Below, piece after piece: positions 59,980 to 64,000 of a stretch of 64,000 bases of DNA (position 1 is its first letter; the number at the start of each line of letters is the position of its first letter). The position numbers and the translations under genes were made by a program. Source of the DNA: Candidatus Poribacteria bacterium (GTDB taxonomy: Bacteria; Poribacteria; WGA-4E; WGA-3G); assembly GCA_965198235.1 (NCBI GenBank), contig OZ240248.1:2400001-2464000 (forward strand), written 5' to 3'. The notes under the pieces were generated by a model. It did no database searches and was not told where the DNA came from. It saw only the letters and a program-made list of their open reading frames with translations.

Positions 59980-60549
59980 TTAATAACGATAGATGCTAAC
60001 TTCGATTGCGTCCTGTTTCACCCATGGTAGGTCGATGTCAAACCAATGTGTTTCGGATTCATAACGCTCTCGGACATGCTCCAGATAATCCGCCATTGAT
60101 TCGGCACCGATACCGACGTTGTCCGCCACGACGGTTGCGGGATTCGTCAACTGCGATTCAATTGCCTGAAAACAGGGAAAGTAGTTGTTGAAATTGTTAT
60201 CGAGGAGCAGAAAGTCGACAGGGTCTTGAATGCTCTTGAGGACTTCTTGTGCATCACCGATGCGTGAGTCGACGAGGTCAGCCATTCCGGCGCGCTCGAA
60301 ATTCATTCGCGCTTGCGATGCACGATCAGCATCTATTTCAATCGTTATCAAGTGTCCGGTGCCGGCGGCTTTCAACACACGTAGCATCCAGAGTCCGGAA
60401 TAACCGATAGCGGTTCCACATTCGACAATGAGGGACGGTTTTGCCTTTTCAACGCAGGCGGCGAGAAATTTCGCCTTTTCTTCCCCCAACATCGGGATTC
60501 TCTCTTCTTTACACTGTGCCTCAACTTCTTGTAAAACTTGATCAAACAT
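59980..60549 (-). CDS. O-methyltransferase (Methyltransf_3-like)
   Basis: VECGTAIGYSGLW, GDA, VVADNV. Confidence 0.85.
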   Translation of the reverse strand: MFDQVLQEVEAQCKEERIPMLGEEKAKFLAACVEKAKPSLIVECGTAIGYSGLWMLRVLKAAGTGHLITIEIDADRASQARMNFERAGMADLVDSRIGDAQEVLKSIQDPVDFLLLDNNFNNYFPCFQAIESQLTNPATVVADNVGIGAESMADYLEHVRERYESETHWFDIDLPWVKQDAIEVSIYRY

Positions 60550-60839
60550 GTAAACCTCCATCTGAAAGCGAGTGTTCCGTTCTGAAGTTGACATCTGTTA
60601 TATAGATATGCTAAATTTTTGTAAGAGTGTAATGCTTTATCAAAATAATCATACACGAAAACCCGCTTTGAGGTCAATTTTTTAACTATGGTCCCTCCGC
60701 TCTGATTGTTGCTGGCGAGGTTTCCTAATCTCGCTTATGAGAACAATCAGTTCAGAAGTCTCATAGTTAGAAATAAAAAATTTGCAACCAAATCTGAAGT
60801 TTGGTGTATATTATGGATAAGCACCTCCGGAGGGACCTG

Positions 60840-61439
60840 ATGCTTGACTTAGATAATGAATTAATGGAACGCTACCAAAAAGGGGATGAAGGCGCGTTTA
60901 CGCTTCTCGTACGCCGCCATCAGCAACCGCTCATTAATTTCATTGCTCGCTTCATCAATGATAGGGATAACGCCGAGGATTTGGCGCAGGAGACGTTCAT
61001 TCGCATGTTTAAAGCGGCAGACCGTTATGAACCCGGACGGGCGCATTTTAAAACGTGGATGTATCACATTGCCAAGAACCTCTGTAAAAATGAAATCCGA
61101 AATCGAGAACGGCGGGACAAATACAGAGTTGATAACGTTGTGAACAGCAGAAGTGATAGTAATAACGACACAGAAGAAATTGATTTGATTGCAAATGCAC
61201 CCGCGAATCCTGTTTTCCAACCGGAAGTGGAACTTGAACGCAAGGAATTACGCAACGCTATCCAAAAAGCGATCGCAGAATTACCAGAACAGTACAGACT
61301 CCCTCTCGTCTTACGGGACCTGCAGGGACTGAGTTACGACGAAATCAGTGAGGTATTGGAACTTCGGAGCGGGACAACGAAATCTCGCATCAACCGTGCC
61401 CGACTCATGCTTAAAGATAAGTTAAAACCGTTTTTTTAA
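60840..61439 (+). CDS. ECF RNA polymerase sigma factor
   Basis: AEDLAQETF, FKTWMYHIAKN, LSYDEI...GTTKSRINRAR. Confidence 0.95.
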   Translation: MLDLDNELMERYQKGDEGAFTLLVRRHQQPLINFIARFINDRDNAEDLAQETFIRMFKAADRYEPGRAHFKTWMYHIAKNLCKNEIRNRERRDKYRVDNVVNSRSDSNNDTEEIDLIANAPANPVFQPEVELERKELRNAIQKAIAELPEQYRLPLVLRDLQGLSYDEISEVLELRSGTTKSRINRARLMLKDKLKPFF

Positions 61440-61488
61440 CTATGGTCCTCCTCTAATTTTAATAATTATCCAGTGTTCATAGGAGTCG

Positions 61489-62070
61489 TTGATGAACTGT
61501 CTACAGGCTGGGGAACATTTCTCCGATCATTTTGAGGACACACTTGATTATCAGACGTTGCAGGGCTTCCTCTCCCACCTCGCGGCGTGTGAGGCGTGTC
61601 AGCAGGAATATGCCAGATTTCAGGAATCTGTTAAGGCGGTCCAGCAGTTGCCACAGATTGAACCTTCACCCTACTTTATGCCAGCGTTGGTGCAACGGAT
61701 CTCCGAAGAACAGCACGAGATCGGCGGGGTTAAGGAAATAGCGACAACAGGTTGGAAGCAGTTGCTGGATGTATTTCGCCGTCCGGTATGGGCATTCAGT
61801 GGCATTCTGGCGTTAATTCTCGCCGTAACTGGCACCTATCTCTATCAAGACGGATTCCTGTTCGATCGAGACTCCGGTTCAACTGCGATAACATCTGAGT
61901 CTCAAGAAATACGAGTTGCGACCTCACCGGTAGGGACGCGGCGTGTCGTGGGAAACGGCAGTCAGCTTCTACCGGGCGGTGTTATCTCAACGCCGGTGCG
62001 CCCAATGCAGCAACATTACGTCTTAAAACAGGTGAGTTATACCAACGCGTCCACACGGGGTGGGCTTTAG
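61489..62070 (+). CDS. Anti-sigma factor (zf-HC2 + TM)
   Basis: HLAACEAC, single TM helix, downstream of the ECF sigma. Confidence 0.85.
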   Translation: MMNCLQAGEHFSDHFEDTLDYQTLQGFLSHLAACEACQQEYARFQESVKAVQQLPQIEPSPYFMPALVQRISEEQHEIGGVKEIATTGWKQLLDVFRRPVWAFSGILALILAVTGTYLYQDGFLFDRDSGSTAITSESQEIRVATSPVGTRRVVGNGSQLLPGGVISTPVRPMQQHYVLKQVSYTNASTRGGL

Positions 62071-62188
62071 AAAGTTTGCGAGTGTTCTAAAGTTAGACAG
62101 TTGATAGGTTGCTACAAACCTCACCACAAGTTTAGCGCACTTTGGAACTTTACGGACTTTAGCACACTTTCCTTCAAGGAAGTAAAGC

Positions 62189-63343
62189 ATGTACACGCCA
62201 AAATTAAAACGCCAACTACTGATAATTGGATCGCTGAGTCTACTCTTCTCTGTTGTCATTCCCGGTTTCGCGAATGAGAGCGTCTTGCAGATGCTTGAAA
62301 AGGATTTTCAGAGAGTCGTCACTGATGCACGTCCGGCAGTTGTAAAGGTTGTCGCGACGCAGGTGATGTCAGTACCACTTCCATCGAACACAGAAAAGTT
62401 GGCATTTACGCGTCAAAATATCGGTTCTGGTATTGTTATCGACACCGCTGGACACGTTGTGACAACCACTTTCGAGATGGAAACTCCGGGCAAGATTGAG
62501 GTTATCTTTAGCGATAAAAAGGTGTCTTCGGCAAAATTGATCGGCACTGATAGACTCACTGATATTGCTGTACTTCGGATTGCAAATATGCCGCGCGAAT
62601 CCGCACCACCAACGAATGCTGTCAAGCCAACAGCCCCTGGCGAATGGATCGAACTCGCGCCACCTCGTAAGTGGGGCGATTCTTCAAAAATTGATACCGG
62701 TTCTTGGGTGGTGACAATAGGGAGTACCTATGGACATAGCCCTATTGTCTCTTTCGGTGTTGTGGGAGGTTGGGACACCTTGCCTAATCAATTGTGTGGA
62801 GAATTAATTAAGATCAACGCGGCGGTTACACCCGGTAACAGTGGAGGGGCAGTTGTAAACACTTCAGGAGAGGTCGTTGGGATGATTCTGGCAGTCCTGA
62901 CGGAACCCACCCGCACTCATTCGCCTGCTGATGTGCTGTTCAATAAACAGGACGATATAGACATTACACAACTGTTTGTTCAATCGCCACTACTGGGAAT
63001 TCGTAATCAGGAAATCACCTTTGCTATCCCGATAGAGACAGTTCAGGCTGTTGCCAAAGAAATTATAGAACACGGAAAGGTCGCTCGTGGCTGGCTCGGT
63101 GTTGAAGTTGATGTCGGCGAGTTGGGGATCTTCGTTACGGGCGTGATTGAAAACAGTCCAGCACATAAAGGCGGACTTTTACCCAAAGATCTTATCCTCG
63201 AATTTAACGAAATCCCTGTCCACTCCTACGCCGAGTTGTTAAGATGCGTTGTCAGCAAGCGACCCGATACAGAAGTTCGGCTTAAGGTCGGTAGGAACGG
63301 TGCTGAACAACATTGTACCGTGATATTAGGTGAAAAGCGTTAA
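62189..63343 (+). CDS. HtrA/DegS-like trypsin + PDZ protein (catalytic His apparently absent)
   Basis: GSGIVID, TDIAVL, PGNSGG, RGWLGV...SPA PDZ. Confidence 0.8.
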   Translation: MYTPKLKRQLLIIGSLSLLFSVVIPGFANESVLQMLEKDFQRVVTDARPAVVKVVATQVMSVPLPSNTEKLAFTRQNIGSGIVIDTAGHVVTTTFEMETPGKIEVIFSDKKVSSAKLIGTDRLTDIAVLRIANMPRESAPPTNAVKPTAPGEWIELAPPRKWGDSSKIDTGSWVVTIGSTYGHSPIVSFGVVGGWDTLPNQLCGELIKINAAVTPGNSGGAVVNTSGEVVGMILAVLTEPTRTHSPADVLFNKQDDIDITQLFVQSPLLGIRNQEITFAIPIETVQAVAKEIIEHGKVARGWLGVEVDVGELGIFVTGVIENSPAHKGGLLPKDLILEFNEIPVHSYAELLRCVVSKRPDTEVRLKVGRNGAEQHCTVILGEKR

Positions 63344-64000
63344 CGAGTGACCCGGTTAAACTCAGTGAGGTAGGCTTCGGCGATATCGGGGTTTCCTTTG
63401 ATAATCAATAGATTCTCGCTATTGCGCTCCTCCGCGTTTTTGGAGAAGTTGTACGAACCTGTAATCACGGTCTTCTCATCGATAACAATTACCTTATGAT
63501 GCATAGTTCCCCTATTTCTATCCTGAACAACCGACATACCTGCTGCCTTCATCGGTTCATATTCAGAGTATCGACTAACTTGTCGTTCTTCAAACACACC
63601 CTGTACATCAATCCCTGATTCAAAGCGGTCCCGCATCGCACTGCCGAGTGCATCTTGCGTGAACGAAAACGCCATAAAATGAATCGACTTCTTGGCAGAT
63701 CCAATCTCCCTTAGAAGCGACGAAGCAATGTCGTTTTCTGGTGAAAAATAAGTGAATATCTGCGTCCCGTCACTGAGTGTCACTTTCGGATGCACAACAG
63801 ACGCGCCAGAAGATTTTTCAACCCGCATTTGCCGAAACAGCTCTCGGAACTCCTGCGTGAAGTTATACGCCAGCGGGACAGAATCAATGAATATTACGTT
63901 ATTCTTGTTTCTATAGGCGCCGTTATAAGTGATGTTATAGGAGCCGGTCCAGACGTACTGCTCATCAATCACAATGAATTTGTGGTGCATGTAACTGTCG
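63340..64000 (-). CDS. Phospholipase D family protein, two HKD motifs, 5' end beyond the window
   Basis: MHHKFIVID...GSYN and MHHKVIVID...GSYNFS; frame open to the window end. Confidence 0.85.
   Translation of the reverse strand, partial: DSYMHHKFIVIDEQYVWTGSYNITYNGAYRNKNNVIFIDSVPLAYNFTQEFRELFRQMRVEKSSGASVVHPKVTLSDGTQIFTYFSPENDIASSLLREIGSAKKSIHFMAFSFTQDALGSAMRDRFESGIDVQGVFEERQVSRYSEYEPMKAAGMSVVQDRNRGTMHHKVIVIDEKTVITGSYNFSKNAEERNSENLLIIKGNPDIAEAYLTEFNRVTR

Noticed and set aside
62070-62170. Short ACTTT-periodic repeats between the anti-sigma and HtrA genes as a regulatory array
   Set aside because: Degenerate and single-locus in this window; cannot be distinguished from another repeat remnant.
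614-63343. Numerous antisense or overlapping ORFs in the six-frame track (e.g. 1678..2244, 22681..23367, 29447..30124, 34071..34574)
   Set aside because: Shadow frames of well-supported genes, without recognisable motifs.

Overview
A 64-kb bacterial chromosomal segment. The host is probably Candidatus Poribacteria or a relative. This is inferred from the NFPNPFNPETWIPYQL-type C-terminal domain, the many Gfo/Idh/MocA, PfkB, FGE-sulfatase and Uma2 genes, and the dense REP-like palindromes. Most of the window is housekeeping or catabolic: glcF, larE, def, sugar oxidoreductases and kinases, an extended SUF operon, moaA, a UxaA-type dehydratase, and an ECF sigma/anti-sigma/HtrA-like cluster. Two accessory loci stand out. 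(1) A type III restriction-modification locus (2.6-10.7 kb). Its mod gene is doubly frameshifted, and between mod and res sit a DUF3800 gene, a convergent ~70-nt structured small RNA candidate with its own promoter and terminator, and a HEPN-nuclease gene bracketed by inverted palindromic elements. (2) A tandemly duplicated SAM-methyltransferase-like + AlkB-like module (40.2-43.3 kb), separated from its probable promoter by an IS630. Signals not captured by the ORF track: a UGA-readthrough selenoprotein with a SECIS-like hairpin (52.8-53.5 kb), REP elements inserted in frame in genes, and a G/T-rich modular tract (GTGTTTTTG[AT/CT][AT]GGG / TATTTCTGCG units) written into four unrelated sites in shuffled order. 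No rRNA, tRNA or CRISPR array was recognised. All calls are by eye; no database searches were run.
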